Of a stretch of DNA of 64,000 nt, positions 1-10,394 are shown piece after piece. The number at the start of each line of letters is the position of its first letter. Positions within the stretch are counted from its first letter, which is position 1. The stretch is from Promethearchaeota archaeon (GTDB lineage Archaea; Asgardarchaeota; Lokiarchaeia; Sigyniarchaeales; SOKP01): the NCBI GenBank assembly GCA_048941265.1, contig JBHLNT010000002.1:20087-84086 (forward strand), given 5' to 3'. The notes beneath the pieces are model-generated. The model worked only from the letters and a program-made list of their open reading frames with translations, did no database searches and was not told the origin of the DNA. Position numbers and translations under genes: made by a program.

Positions 1-198
1 TACCTTCTTGATAACTTTATTACAAGTATTCTTAATTGCATTCCACCAAATTATAGGATCTTGTTCTGAAATCCCAACCGGTTGATCAACAGCTGGATAC
101 TCCTCATAAGCTCTTACAATTTCTTTTCCGTTAATATCAAAAATAACTGTTCTGGTTCCCGTTGTCCCACAATCAAACACACATATTAGGTCGCTCAT
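1..198 (-). CDS. FGGY-family carbohydrate kinase (xylulokinase/glycerol kinase-like), N-terminal part only; runs off the window edge
   Basis: Not in the ORF track. Manual translation from ATG at 198 gives MSDLICVFDCGTTGTRTVIFDINGKEIVRAYEEYP...SEQDPIIWWNAI, with the FGGY phosphate-1 motif DxGTT and the EQDP..WW motif. Confidence 0.85.
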   Translation of the reverse strand, partial: MSDLICVFDCGTTGTRTVIFDINGKEIVRAYEEYPAVDQPVGISEQDPIIWWNAIKNTCNKVIKKV

Positions 199-255
199 CT
201 TATCCACTTCAGAGAAATAATTTTTTCTTGGGTAGTTTAATTTCAATTTTAAAAA

Positions 256-1524
256 TTATAAAGCTTTAATTAATAATTCAGCGATATCTATTATTTTAAT
301 TTTTTCTTTATCATCTTCACTGACTCCATATGCTAAACCTAACTCACAGAGAGGGCATGCGGATACGATCACATTCGAACCTGTTTCTTTCAATTCATTA
401 ATACGATTCTTGGCTTCTTTGATCGCTAACGCTCTATCCGCCCAATGGGCTGTACCGCTCCAACCACAACAGTGAACATTATCTTTATTATAGATTGGTT
501 CTGAAATTTCAAGATCTGGAACTTTACTCAAAATAGATCTTATTGATGAAATATCATTTAAGTTTCTTGATATAAGACAAGGATCATGAATCGTTATATT
601 GCTAAACTCACCGCTCATATTCTTTTCTAACTTAATCTTACCATCATCAACTAATTGCTTGATATACTCTACGATATGGATAATTTTTGTACCGATTTCT
701 ATTCCTGCTTTTTGGTACCTATTTGTTAAGGTAACAACACATCCAGGACAATCAGATACCACTACCTTAGCCCCAGTTTTCTCGATAAGGTCCTTATTCT
801 TATTTGCAAAATTTATACCAGTTTCTAAATCCCTTATATTAAATGCTGGGCCTCCACAGCATACCTTCTTTTCTAAATTTGTTGAGAACTTTACACCTGC
901 TTTTTTCAAAATTTCAATATTTGCTTTTATAACCTCTGGAAATTTCATAGATTCACAACCAATATAATAATAAACTTCATCATTTCCATCAGTTTCTATA
1001 TTTTCTATTCCTTTTTCCTTATAAGTCTCATAAATATTATGATCCTCTATGGTATTTGTCTTTTTTAATTTTTCAATTTGTTCCTTACAGTAATCTGGCA
1101 TAAGACCTTTATCATTGAGATCATCCCGCACAGTCTCAAGCAAAGAAACTACAGAGAATTCAAAAGGACACCATACCTTGCAGGATTCTTCATTTGAACA
1201 CTTATACATCAAATCAATAAATGCTTTATTTTCCTCTTTTAAAGGATCTATTTTCCCTATTGTAAGATAATATCCAATTCTTGCTTTATAGGCAGGACTC
1301 ATTGTTTCCTTCTGTTCAGCTTGAAGAGTTCCGCAATCAAAACGACACATATTAGGACACAGCATACAATTTACTAAATTTTTTATATCCGCTTTGTATT
1401 CTCCTTCAGGAAAGAAATTTTTGTCCCGCATTCGAAAATTCTTCATAAAAAGTCTCTTAATGTCACGATCCATCGCGTCAATTATTGGTCCCATCCATTT
1501 GTATTTCTTTAAAATTTCACCCAT
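256..1524 (-). CDS. Fe-S oxidoreductase with CCG (cysteine-rich) domains, GlcF/HdrD-like
   Basis: CMLCPNMCRFDC and CSNEESCKVWCP cluster motifs; YIGC...CCGG...DCPGC and HDPC...HCCG...ACPLC CCG repeats; strong SD (AGGAGGTGAA) at 1531-1540. Confidence 0.85.
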   Translation of the reverse strand: MGEILKKYKWMGPIIDAMDRDIKRLFMKNFRMRDKNFFPEGEYKADIKNLVNCMLCPNMCRFDCGTLQAEQKETMSPAYKARIGYYLTIGKIDPLKEENKAFIDLMYKCSNEESCKVWCPFEFSVVSLLETVRDDLNDKGLMPDYCKEQIEKLKKTNTIEDHNIYETYKEKGIENIETDGNDEVYYYIGCESMKFPEVIKANIEILKKAGVKFSTNLEKKVCCGGPAFNIRDLETGINFANKNKDLIEKTGAKVVVSDCPGCVVTLTNRYQKAGIEIGTKIIHIVEYIKQLVDDGKIKLEKNMSGEFSNITIHDPCLISRNLNDISSIRSILSKVPDLEISEPIYNKDNVHCCGWSGTAHWADRALAIKEAKNRINELKETGSNVIVSACPLCELGLAYGVSEDDKEKIKIIDIAELLIKAL

Positions 1525-3015
1525 TTAATTTTCACCTCCTTTTTCCCAAAGACTTTCATAAATTTTCCCAGGATTTAATATATTATTCGGATCGAGAAGT
1601 TTTTTTATGGCTTTTAAAGTATCAAAAGATTTTCCCCATTCCACAGGCATCCATTTTGATCTATTTATTCCAACACCGTGATGATGCCCAAAAGATCCAC
1701 CTGCATCTTCCACTGCTTTAACAATTGTGTTCCAAACTTCTTGATAAAATTCAAGTTCAGTGACCTCCTGAGGAGGGATTCCTGCAAAAGTAAAATAAAA
1801 ACCCACTCCATTAGGATAAAAATGAGAAACATGAGCAGTTATCATTATAACTCCTTTTACTTTTTTCGCAGATTTCACAACAGAATGATACATTTCTGCT
1901 GCATTATCCCATAAAAATCCGATTTCAACAGTATCGGCAACCATTTTAAATGTTGGTGTTGAAGATGTTTCTGTTACTCTGAATCTTGTCTCAAACCAGT
2001 GTTCTACAGGCTTTTCACCACATGAGATGCCATTATTCTTTTCACAAGTTTCTCTTGTTATTTTCGCTTCGAGATCCACCAACCTTTCAATTCCCTCGCA
2101 TACAAATACAACCATGACTTTATCCTTGGCATTTTCAATATGGCCAAAATGCCTATATGTTTCATCGGCATCGTAAATACGAATAACAGCAGGATATATC
2201 TGTTGTCTTAAAATTTGTCTAGTTGCTTCTAAAGAATCTTCAAAGGTAGGGAAAGCATAAGAAACAAGTGCTCTCTTTTCAGGATAGGGCCAAATCTTCA
2301 ACGTGGCATTGGTTATTATTCCCAATGTTCCCTCATTTCCTACAAAAAGTTTATCTAACTGAGGACCTGTTGAGGCTCTGGCAATTGTTTTAAATTTTAT
2401 GATTTCTCCCCTTGGTAAAACTAATTCCATACCCATAACTATATCCTCTATTTTTCCATATTTAGAAGAAAATTGCCCGGCAGCTCTATGTGCAATCCAT
2501 CCTCCAACAGAGGAAGTATAAAGCGATTGCGGGATATGTCCACTCGTGTATCCTTTAGCATTCAAGTACCTCTCTAAATTCATTCCGTTTGTACCGGCCT
2601 CTACCGTTACAGTTAAATCCTTATCATTAATTTCTAAAATTTTATTAAATTTCTTCATGTCAAGTATAATCCCCCCATAAATAGGGATTGCACCTCCCAC
2701 AACCCCAGAACCTTCCGAAAATGGAATAACAGGAATTTTTTCCTCATTCGCTAATTTTAAAATGGAGGAGATCTGTTCTGGTGTCTCAGGCCATACAATA
2801 AAATCCGGAAGTGCAGTAAGTTTACCTTCGAGAGTCCAATTAAGTGTTATAAGCGTAGTGTCTTTGTTATATGCTAATAAATCAATTTCATTATCCGATA
2901 CATTGTCATTACCAACAATTTCTCTTAGTCTTGCCTTAACTTGTGGTTTATCTTTAATTAAAACTCGATTATCTTTATAAATTAATTCAAAATTCTCAAT
3001 ATTCATAAAAATCAA
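1525..3015 (-). CDS. FAD-binding oxidoreductase (FAD_binding_4 / FAD-oxidase_C), alkyl-DHAP synthase-like
   Basis: GHIPQS, GGWIAHRAAGQFSSKYG, ARASTGP, HVSHFY, HHHGVG and DPNNILNPGK motifs. Confidence 0.85.
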   Translation of the reverse strand: MIFMNIENFELIYKDNRVLIKDKPQVKARLREIVGNDNVSDNEIDLLAYNKDTTLITLNWTLEGKLTALPDFIVWPETPEQISSILKLANEEKIPVIPFSEGSGVVGGAIPIYGGIILDMKKFNKILEINDKDLTVTVEAGTNGMNLERYLNAKGYTSGHIPQSLYTSSVGGWIAHRAAGQFSSKYGKIEDIVMGMELVLPRGEIIKFKTIARASTGPQLDKLFVGNEGTLGIITNATLKIWPYPEKRALVSYAFPTFEDSLEATRQILRQQIYPAVIRIYDADETYRHFGHIENAKDKVMVVFVCEGIERLVDLEAKITRETCEKNNGISCGEKPVEHWFETRFRVTETSSTPTFKMVADTVEIGFLWDNAAEMYHSVVKSAKKVKGVIMITAHVSHFYPNGVGFYFTFAGIPPQEVTELEFYQEVWNTIVKAVEDAGGSFGHHHGVGINRSKWMPVEWGKSFDTLKAIKKLLDPNNILNPGKIYESLWEKGGEN

Positions 3016-3118
3016 AATTTATTGTTTTATTATTTTAATATAAATTTACAAGATAAGATTAAAATTTTGATTAAATGATATTTATAATACAAACAAACTA
3101 AAGATTTTATATCTGGAA

Positions 3119-4606
3119 TTAATAAATAGTCTCTCCAGTAATACTATTTACTTTTAAATGTCTGAATTTTGCAGTCGACGCAGTTGAAATATTATCAATT
3201 TTAGAGATTTTATTGACGACTTCTTCAGGAAATAGATATTTTGCTAAATGAATCATCATTTGCTTAGTTTCTATACAGTTTAGAAGTTTTAAACTCTCAC
3301 AGGAATAAAATATCTCACTTAGTAAATCATAATTTGTATCTTGAGAAATATAAAGAATTTCCAAATTTCTATAAATTCTCGAAATTATGTTTCCAAGTAG
3401 ATCATAATCATTTAATTTGTCAAGCGTGTTTCTCATATAATTAACAAATAGAACATAATACGCAGATTCAGAAGAAACAAATCCATCACGGTACTGCTTT
3501 ATCCCCTCAGCTGTAATTCTGCTTTCGATCTCGTCAATTATAACCTTAATTTTTTGAGTGTCTAAATTTTGATAGGCTCCGACAACATGATAGATTTTTA
3601 ATATCACGACTAACTGTGATGTCTCCAGATTTTTTAAATATTGAGGCTCAAAAAATCTTTCTTCTATTTTCATCATTGATCTAATTTCTTCATCTTTCAA
3701 CCATAAATTTACTAATTGAGTCGTTTTAAAGTAGCAATAAACTCTATCTGTAGCTTCAATTACAGGAGCTTCAAATTCATCAACATTTTCCTCATATAGG
3801 TTTAATAAAAACCTTTTTACTTCGAGAAAGTCGATATCGACATCTAAATGTATTGATAAATAAACACCACAGAAATAAAGATCAGGATTTTTTAAAGTAA
3901 CTAAAGGTATCGTATTTAACCATTCATTAAGATTATTTTTAAGATATGATTTAATATGAGAAAAATCGAAAATTTTCTGTAAATGAAAAAAATCGATGAT
4001 TCTAAAGATTAAATATAATAATTGTAATTTATCTTTTGGATCTTTTAAATCTTCTAAACTTTCTATCTTATCCTTGTTTTCTCTAAGTTTTTTTATTACC
4101 TTCTCTCGAATCTGAATATATTTACGCAAGTTCTCGGTCTTTTTCGGAGATCTTTTAAATAATTTCTTTAAATTTATAAGTTCAAAGATAAATTCAAAGG
4201 GAATTAAACCACTAGATTTTAAATTTAATACTAAAGTAACCATCTTATTATCTACCAGGTATTCTACTATTTTTTCTAAGAAGATTTCATAAATTATAGG
4301 CCTTATTTTTTTTTCATAGGCTTGAAATGCATTTGTGATTTCTCTTAAATCCTGCCGATTAATTTTCAAAAAGGGATCTAAAAATTTATCGTCTAATTCT
4401 TTCCCATCAAAACCAAACATTAATAGCTCTTTTTTAAGTACTTTGAGAATTTCTTCAACGACTTTATTTAATTCTGACCTCGCTAGTAGTTTAACATCTA
4501 AAAAAGATTCAAATTTCTCCCGAAAGTATTTGTCAATACTATCATAAAAGATATCAATCTCACTACAGTAGAGATCTAAAATATTAAATAAGCCTTGAAA
4601 AATCAT
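3119..4606 (-). CDS. Hypothetical 495-aa helical protein, paralogue of 23835..25322, possibly an alpha/alpha-barrel
   Basis: Long ORF sharing length and many identical blocks with 23835..25322 (MIFQGLFNIL, EFEAP.IEATD, LKNLETSQL, FRHLKVN..TGETIY). Confidence 0.8.
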   Translation of the reverse strand: MIFQGLFNILDLYCSEIDIFYDSIDKYFREKFESFLDVKLLARSELNKVVEEILKVLKKELLMFGFDGKELDDKFLDPFLKINRQDLREITNAFQAYEKKIRPIIYEIFLEKIVEYLVDNKMVTLVLNLKSSGLIPFEFIFELINLKKLFKRSPKKTENLRKYIQIREKVIKKLRENKDKIESLEDLKDPKDKLQLLYLIFRIIDFFHLQKIFDFSHIKSYLKNNLNEWLNTIPLVTLKNPDLYFCGVYLSIHLDVDIDFLEVKRFLLNLYEENVDEFEAPVIEATDRVYCYFKTTQLVNLWLKDEEIRSMMKIEERFFEPQYLKNLETSQLVVILKIYHVVGAYQNLDTQKIKVIIDEIESRITAEGIKQYRDGFVSSESAYYVLFVNYMRNTLDKLNDYDLLGNIISRIYRNLEILYISQDTNYDLLSEIFYSCESLKLLNCIETKQMMIHLAKYLFPEEVVNKISKIDNISTASTAKFRHLKVNSITGETIY

Positions 4607-4913
4607 CTTATAAATAAACGCAAATAAAAAATTAATATGTTCTATTCTTTAATTCCATCTAATATTAGGGTAATTTTATAATTTATCCATTTTAAATATT
4701 AGTAAAAGTTAAGATACATTTAGGTGGATAATTCAAATTTACTAATATCGTTTATTCACTGAGAAACCTTGTGTTGTAAAAAAGACAATGGGAGGTTACA
4801 TTTTAAATTATTAAAATCTTTAAAAAAATTCAAAAGGTCTATCTTCTTTTGATACTTGTTAAAAAACTTATTTATTCAAGTAAATAATTATTTAAGTAAA
4901 AGTGGATATTTTA

Positions 4914-6344
4914 ATGACTACTCCAATCTTTGGAACGAGTGGTATTCGGCGTGTTTTTGGAAATTATAGCGAATCTGATATTGTTTTTACGCCTCATATG
5001 GCTCTGGATGTAGGATTAGCACTTGGAACTTACCTAAATGGAAATGGTATAGTTGTTATCGGAAAAGATATTCGGGTTACAGCACTACCAATAGAATACG
5101 CAATAGTTTCTGGTATAGTAAGTGCGGGTTGTGATGTAAAAACCTTAGGTATTGTAACTACACCCACTCTTGCCATGTCTTTACAATTTTTAAAAGCTGA
5201 TGCTGGAGTTATGATTACAGCTTCTCATAACACTCCCGAATATATAGGTTTAAAGTTTTGGAACCCTTCGGGTATGGGATATACTCCTGAACAAGAGGAA
5301 GAAATCGAATCGATCTACAATGATAAATCATTTATTAAAAAAGAATGGAATGAGGTTGGTAAAGTATCATATGTCAATGATATAAATGATATTCACATAA
5401 ACGATGTCAATAGTCGTATTATGTTTGATGGGACTAATTTAAATGTAATTGTGGATCCTGGAAATGGGTCCAGCTGCGAAATTGTGCCAAAATTATTAAG
5501 TACATATAATATTAACATAATGACTTTAAACGCTCAGATGGATGGGAGATTTCCAGGGCGCTATTCAGAACCAAGTGAAGAAAATTTAACACAAATTTCC
5601 AGATTCCTAAAAATTTCAGAACAAAATGATATCGGAATTGCATTAGATGGAGATGCGGATAGAGTTATATTTTTAGACGAAGATGGGGAAATAGTTGATC
5701 CTATTCGATTATTAGCTCTTATGGCTAAATATTATATTGAAAAATATGAGGGAACGAAAGTTACGGAGGAAAACATGAAAGTTGTTACACCGATTAATTC
5801 ATCCAGTTTAATTGAGGATGTTCTTAATCCTCTTGGTTGTGAAGTCTGTAGATGTGAAGTCGGAGATATTAAAGTGGCATTAGATTTAAAAAAATGTGGA
5901 GGCTTTTTAGGAGGTGAAAACTCGGGTACATATATATGGCCACGAACTCATTATGGTCCTGACTCAATTGTAACTATTGCTAAAATATTAAATATGATGG
6001 TGGAGACGGGAAAAAAATTGAAGGAGTTATTACAAGAAATTCCAACATATCCTTATTATAGACAAAATTATCGATTAAAAAAGGATATACCTTTTACAGA
6101 TGATATCAACCAAAAGATTGTAGAGGAAATGAAAACAGCTTTTAATGAAATGGAAAAAAAAATCAAATTTATCAATAAAATGGACGGTTGTCGGTTTGAT
6201 TATGATGAAGGTTGGATTTTGATTAGACGCTCGGGAACAAGTCCTTACTTAAGAATTTCAGGAGAGTCTAATATCGACATGCAATCATCCATTGAAATGA
6301 ATAAAGTTGCCACTGAAAGGATGAAAAAGATAGGTTTTATTTAA
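4914..6344 (+). CDS. glmM: Phosphoglucosamine mutase / phosphohexomutase
   Basis: FGTSGIR, catalytic TASHN, metal loop DGDADR and GENSG; lies beside glmS and glmU. ATG at 4914 preferred over GTG at 4902. Confidence 0.85.
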   Translation: MTTPIFGTSGIRRVFGNYSESDIVFTPHMALDVGLALGTYLNGNGIVVIGKDIRVTALPIEYAIVSGIVSAGCDVKTLGIVTTPTLAMSLQFLKADAGVMITASHNTPEYIGLKFWNPSGMGYTPEQEEEIESIYNDKSFIKKEWNEVGKVSYVNDINDIHINDVNSRIMFDGTNLNVIVDPGNGSSCEIVPKLLSTYNINIMTLNAQMDGRFPGRYSEPSEENLTQISRFLKISEQNDIGIALDGDADRVIFLDEDGEIVDPIRLLALMAKYYIEKYEGTKVTEENMKVVTPINSSSLIEDVLNPLGCEVCRCEVGDIKVALDLKKCGGFLGGENSGTYIWPRTHYGPDSIVTIAKILNMMVETGKKLKELLQEIPTYPYYRQNYRLKKDIPFTDDINQKIVEEMKTAFNEMEKKIKFINKMDGCRFDYDEGWILIRRSGTSPYLRISGESNIDMQSSIEMNKVATERMKKIGFI

Positions 6345-6357
6345 ACTCTTTAAGTTT

Positions 6358-7482
6358 TTAGTCTAATATTCTTGAAACTTTCGTAAGAAATTTAGGTGTA
6401 TCGCAGTTAATTCCTTTTATTCGGGCTATTTCTAACGTTAATAATTGAATTCCTAAAATCATTAATAATGGTTGTAAATCCTTAATAGTATTCGGAACTT
6501 GAATTCCGAAATCTATAGGCTCGGGAACATCTTTCTCTTCAATTGATTCATATATACCTAGAATGGTTGCTCTTCTCTCTTTAATTCTCTTAAGAAGGTT
6601 TATTAAATTTTGTTTACGTTTATCTTCCTCATGGGGGATAATGGCCAGTATCCAAGTTCTAGGATCTGCAAGTGTAATAGGACCATGAGGAAATTCAGCT
6701 GTTGAATATGCCTGCCCAAAGATTCTTGCCCCTTCCTTAAGCTTTAACGCAGCCTCCATGGCAGTCCCATAGTCAGGACCGCTTCCTATAATAAAACAAA
6801 ATTCAGCAAACTTAAAATATTGTGAAAATTTTCTTATTTTTTCATGTAAAGATGGTAAAATTTTATTAATTTTTGTCGAAATTGATTCTAATTCTTTCCA
6901 TATGAGATTATAATTATTTTCTGCTAAAGATTTACTCTCTTTTGCTATCTCAAGTGAGATCATTGATAAAACTGCTAAAGAAGAAACATAAGTCTTTGTA
7001 GCCAAAATGCTCTTTTCAACTTCACATTGTAAATTAATAACAAAATTGCAAATTTTAGCCAAAGCAGAGTTTAAAGAATTAGTAATTCCTATGGTTAAGC
7101 AACCCAAACTTTTAGCTATTTTTATCGTTTCGACAGTATCTTTGGTCTCTCCGCTTTGAGAAATTCCAATAACGCAATCATCTTTTTGAAGAATTGGCTC
7201 AATTAAGTATTGGAATTCCATAGAATATTCGGTGAAAGTTGGAACTTTACTTATCCCGTTAAACATATATGACATGGCAAATCCTGCGTGATAAGAACTT
7301 CCTGCTCCAATGAGATAAATATGTTTGATCCCGTTGGAAATAATTTTTTTAGCAATTTTATTTATCATATTTTTCTGTGATAATACTCTGCTTAAACATT
7401 TAGGAATTTCGTATATTTCTTTTTGAGTATAAGTTCCTAGTTCTTCAGTTTTATTTAAATAATTTTTTTCTTCCATTTTCAT
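6358..7482 (-). CDS. Double-SIS-domain protein (GlmS isomerase-domain-like; GlmD/FrlB-type sugar-amine phosphate deaminase)
   Basis: GAGSS, SQSGET, ATKTY, EAALKLKE and EFPHGP motifs; no glutaminase domain. Confidence 0.8.
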   Translation of the reverse strand: MKMEEKNYLNKTEELGTYTQKEIYEIPKCLSRVLSQKNMINKIAKKIISNGIKHIYLIGAGSSYHAGFAMSYMFNGISKVPTFTEYSMEFQYLIEPILQKDDCVIGISQSGETKDTVETIKIAKSLGCLTIGITNSLNSALAKICNFVINLQCEVEKSILATKTYVSSLAVLSMISLEIAKESKSLAENNYNLIWKELESISTKINKILPSLHEKIRKFSQYFKFAEFCFIIGSGPDYGTAMEAALKLKEGARIFGQAYSTAEFPHGPITLADPRTWILAIIPHEEDKRKQNLINLLKRIKERRATILGIYESIEEKDVPEPIDFGIQVPNTIKDLQPLLMILGIQLLTLEIARIKGINCDTPKFLTKVSRILD

Positions 7483-7670
7483 TTTACCATATATTCTTCC
7501 TGTTTTTCAAATGATTCTAAGAATTAAATTCTTGTTTTTTTCCATCATGCAAATCAAAATAATTATGAAAGTTATATTCATTATACATTATGCTTCCCAA
7601 AAAAGCCACGATAACCTTAAAATACTTTTCATTACTTGATAATTTATTCAAATAAGTATTTGATCAAGAT

Positions 7671-9521
7671 ATGTGTGGCATTTTTGGTATTATCACATCA
7701 CAAGAGAATATTTCGATAGCAAAAATCGCGTTAGAAAGTATAAAACGTTTAGAATATCGTGGTTATGATTCCTGTGGAATTGCCACTCCATATAATGGAA
7801 AATTATACATTAAAAAGGATGCAGGCAAAATTGATGAAATTCATAAAAAACATAAATTAGATGAATTTCCAAATGGATCAAAGTCGGCACTTGCACATAC
7901 TCGATGGGCGACTCACGGACCCCCAACAAAGATTAATAGCCATCCTCATGTTGATTGTTCAGGTAAAATTGCTGTGATTCATAATGGAATAATCGACAAT
8001 TTCATTGAATTAAAAGATAAACTCTTGGCTAAAGGGCATAAATTTAAATCTGAAACTGATACCGAGGTTATTCCTCATCTTATTGAAGATTATATGAATG
8101 ACGGTTTAGATTTTAAAGCTGCTACAACAAAAGCGCTAAGGCAATGCACTGGAGCTTATGCAGTGGCTGTATGTAGTGCAGACACACCTAATTATATTAT
8201 TGTTTTACGAAAAGAATCACCATTAGTAATTGGGATAGAAGAGGGAAAAACAACATATTGCGCGTCAGATATCCCCGCTTTTCTTCCTTATACAAGAAAT
8301 TGTTATATTTTAGAAGATGATGAGATGGCAATATTGCATCCCGGGAGTGTTGATTTCTATGCCCTACAAAGCGGTGTGCAAGTGAAAAAAGAAATAAAAC
8401 AGATTGATTGGAATATTGATGCAGCTGAAAAAGGTGGCTATGAGCATTTTATGTTAAAGGAGATACATGAAGAACCAGCAGCTCTAAGGAGAACTTTAAA
8501 AATTCCAAATGCTAATTTAAAAACATTTGCTCAAGTTTTATTGGATGCCCAACACATTTTTATTACCGCGGCAGGTACATCTTTTCATGCTTCTCTTGCG
8601 GGAAAATTCATAATCACTAAATTTCTAAGTAAATATATCCAAGCAATTGAATGTTCTGAATTCCACACTCAATTGGAAAACTCCTTACCAGAAGGAGCTG
8701 TAATTATTGCTCTCTCTCAATCTGGAGAAACAATCGATTTAATTGAAGCTATCAGATGGGCAAAGGAAACTAAAAATGTAAAAATTTTAGCTATAACGAA
8801 TATAATCGGTTCAACTCTCACAAGATATTCCGATAATGTAATTGTCACACAGGCTGGACCTGAAATCGGAGTTGCGGCAACAAAAACATATGTTACTCAA
8901 GTGCTAACATTGGCGTTAATTGGCTTAGAAGTGGCAAGAATGAGAAATTTTGAACCTGAAGAAGAGATAAATAACTATTATGAAGCATTAAAATCGACAC
9001 CAGATATAATAGAAAAGTTCCTGAATAATGACATCCGCTTGATTAAAAAAATAGTAAAGAATTTGGAGAAAACTCATAATTTTTTCTTTTTAGCCCGAGG
9101 TATTTCAATAGCAACCGCAAAAGAAGGCGGCTTAAAATTAAAAGAAATAGCATGTCGATTCATAGAAGGTTATTCGGCTGCGCATGCAAAGCATGGTCCA
9201 ATTTCTCTGGTAAGAAAAGGATTTCCAATTATTTTTATTGCTCCACCTGATGAGACTTACGAAAGATTACTTGGTAATGTTATGGAATTCAAAGCAAGGG
9301 GAGGCAAAATTATTTCTTTAGTTGTAAAGGCAGACAAAGTAATAACTGATTTAAGCGATATAATTATAGGGATAGATCAGCCAGCTAACAAATATTACAA
9401 TCTATTTAGTCCAATAACATTCATACCTGCATTACAACTCTTAGCGTATTATTATTCTGTTGATGTTGGATTAGATCCCGATCAGCCTCAAAATCTTGCA
9501 AAGACTGTTACAGTACACTAA
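7671..9521 (+). CDS. glmS: Glutamine--fructose-6-phosphate transaminase (isomerizing)
   Basis: N-terminal MCGIFG (Cys nucleophile), LEYRGYDS, HTRWATHG, HNGII, SQSGET and C-terminal NLAKTVTV. Confidence 0.97.
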   Translation: MCGIFGIITSQENISIAKIALESIKRLEYRGYDSCGIATPYNGKLYIKKDAGKIDEIHKKHKLDEFPNGSKSALAHTRWATHGPPTKINSHPHVDCSGKIAVIHNGIIDNFIELKDKLLAKGHKFKSETDTEVIPHLIEDYMNDGLDFKAATTKALRQCTGAYAVAVCSADTPNYIIVLRKESPLVIGIEEGKTTYCASDIPAFLPYTRNCYILEDDEMAILHPGSVDFYALQSGVQVKKEIKQIDWNIDAAEKGGYEHFMLKEIHEEPAALRRTLKIPNANLKTFAQVLLDAQHIFITAAGTSFHASLAGKFIITKFLSKYIQAIECSEFHTQLENSLPEGAVIIALSQSGETIDLIEAIRWAKETKNVKILAITNIIGSTLTRYSDNVIVTQAGPEIGVAATKTYVTQVLTLALIGLEVARMRNFEPEEEINNYYEALKSTPDIIEKFLNNDIRLIKKIVKNLEKTHNFFFLARGISIATAKEGGLKLKEIACRFIEGYSAAHAKHGPISLVRKGFPIIFIAPPDETYERLLGNVMEFKARGGKIISLVVKADKVITDLSDIIIGIDQPANKYYNLFSPITFIPALQLLAYYYSVDVGLDPDQPQNLAKTVTVH

Positions 9522-9533
9522 CTTTAAAACACT

Positions 9534-9549
9534 AAAGTGCACTTTTTTT
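9534..9549. terminator. Palindrome AAAGTGCACTTT followed by a T-run between convergent genes; possible terminator
   Basis: Perfect 12-bp palindrome at 9534-9545 running into a T-tract just after the glmS stop; an A-tract further on could serve the opposite gene. Confidence 0.35.
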
Positions 9550-9581
9550 AAGGGTTAATAAAAAAAAAAATGAAATAAAGC

Positions 9582-10265
9582 CTATTTAATTAAAAATCCT
9601 TTAACTACGAATACTACCCCGACATCAAAAGCTATTAGACCAAGGATTTCAATTAGTATTGATCCAATTATTCCGCCAATTAAATTAAGTAATATTGCAA
9701 CAATAACAATGAAGGAACCAGCAAAAAACCAGAGTACTTGTTGTCTTGGAACTCCCTGAGTGCTTTTTGCAACAATCGCATATTTATACAGAACAAAAAT
9801 AAATAACACTAATCGCCATATGTTTACAAATATAAACCATCCGATGGGGGTTTCAGTATCAATAATACCTTGCCTATATCTCTCCATATTTAAGGTTGGA
9901 GTCCAAATAAAATATCCAAATATCGAAATGATAAACAATATCGCCATCCTTCCCAAATATTTAGAAGTCATAGCTAATTTCTCAGATTTCTCCAGGATAA
10001 ATACGGTCATTACAAGTGATATAATAGCAAAATTATAAAGAAACTGTGCCGTGATCATTATTGGGATAATGAAATATGGCTCCAAAGTATTAATATGGTA
10101 AATTGTATAAGCCAAAAAGCCAAATGCAGCTGAAACAAAAAAAATTGCAAACCATCTATTTAACCAATAGTCAGGATTTTTGTGCAATTCAATATAGCCA
10201 GCTATTAAAGTAAAAATCACTGTAATTATTGATGTTATTATCTTAAGAATATTATAAATGTCCAT
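9582..10265 (-). CDS. Stand-alone 7TM membrane protein (HisKA_7TM-like sensor domain)
   Basis: Seven hydrophobic segments; KNPDYWLNRWF loop after TM1; no cytoplasmic output domain. Confidence 0.6.
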   Translation of the reverse strand: MDIYNILKIITSIITVIFTLIAGYIELHKNPDYWLNRWFAIFFVSAAFGFLAYTIYHINTLEPYFIIPIMITAQFLYNFAIISLVMTVFILEKSEKLAMTSKYLGRMAILFIISIFGYFIWTPTLNMERYRQGIIDTETPIGWFIFVNIWRLVLFIFVLYKYAIVAKSTQGVPRQQVLWFFAGSFIVIVAILLNLIGGIIGSILIEILGLIAFDVGVVFVVKGFLIK

Positions 10266-10394
10266 ATTGAGAACGACCTCTATTTCTTTTTAATAACAAG
10301 TTTAATAAAATAAGAAGCGAAAAAAAGTTTTATATTTTTGGATACTTGCTATGCAATATATTGAGTTTTTCTTAGATTTGTAGATTTATTGGAA

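Noticed and set aside
4683-4731. DnaA-box-like TTATCCA sequences in inverted orientation as a replication origin
   Set aside because: The context is archaeal, with no cdc6/orc1 gene or ORB elements; such short AT-rich matches are expected by chance.
9582-10265. Rhodopsin or GPCR assignment for the 7TM protein
   Set aside because: There is no Lys in the middle of TM7 and no GPCR motifs; a TM count of seven is not diagnostic.
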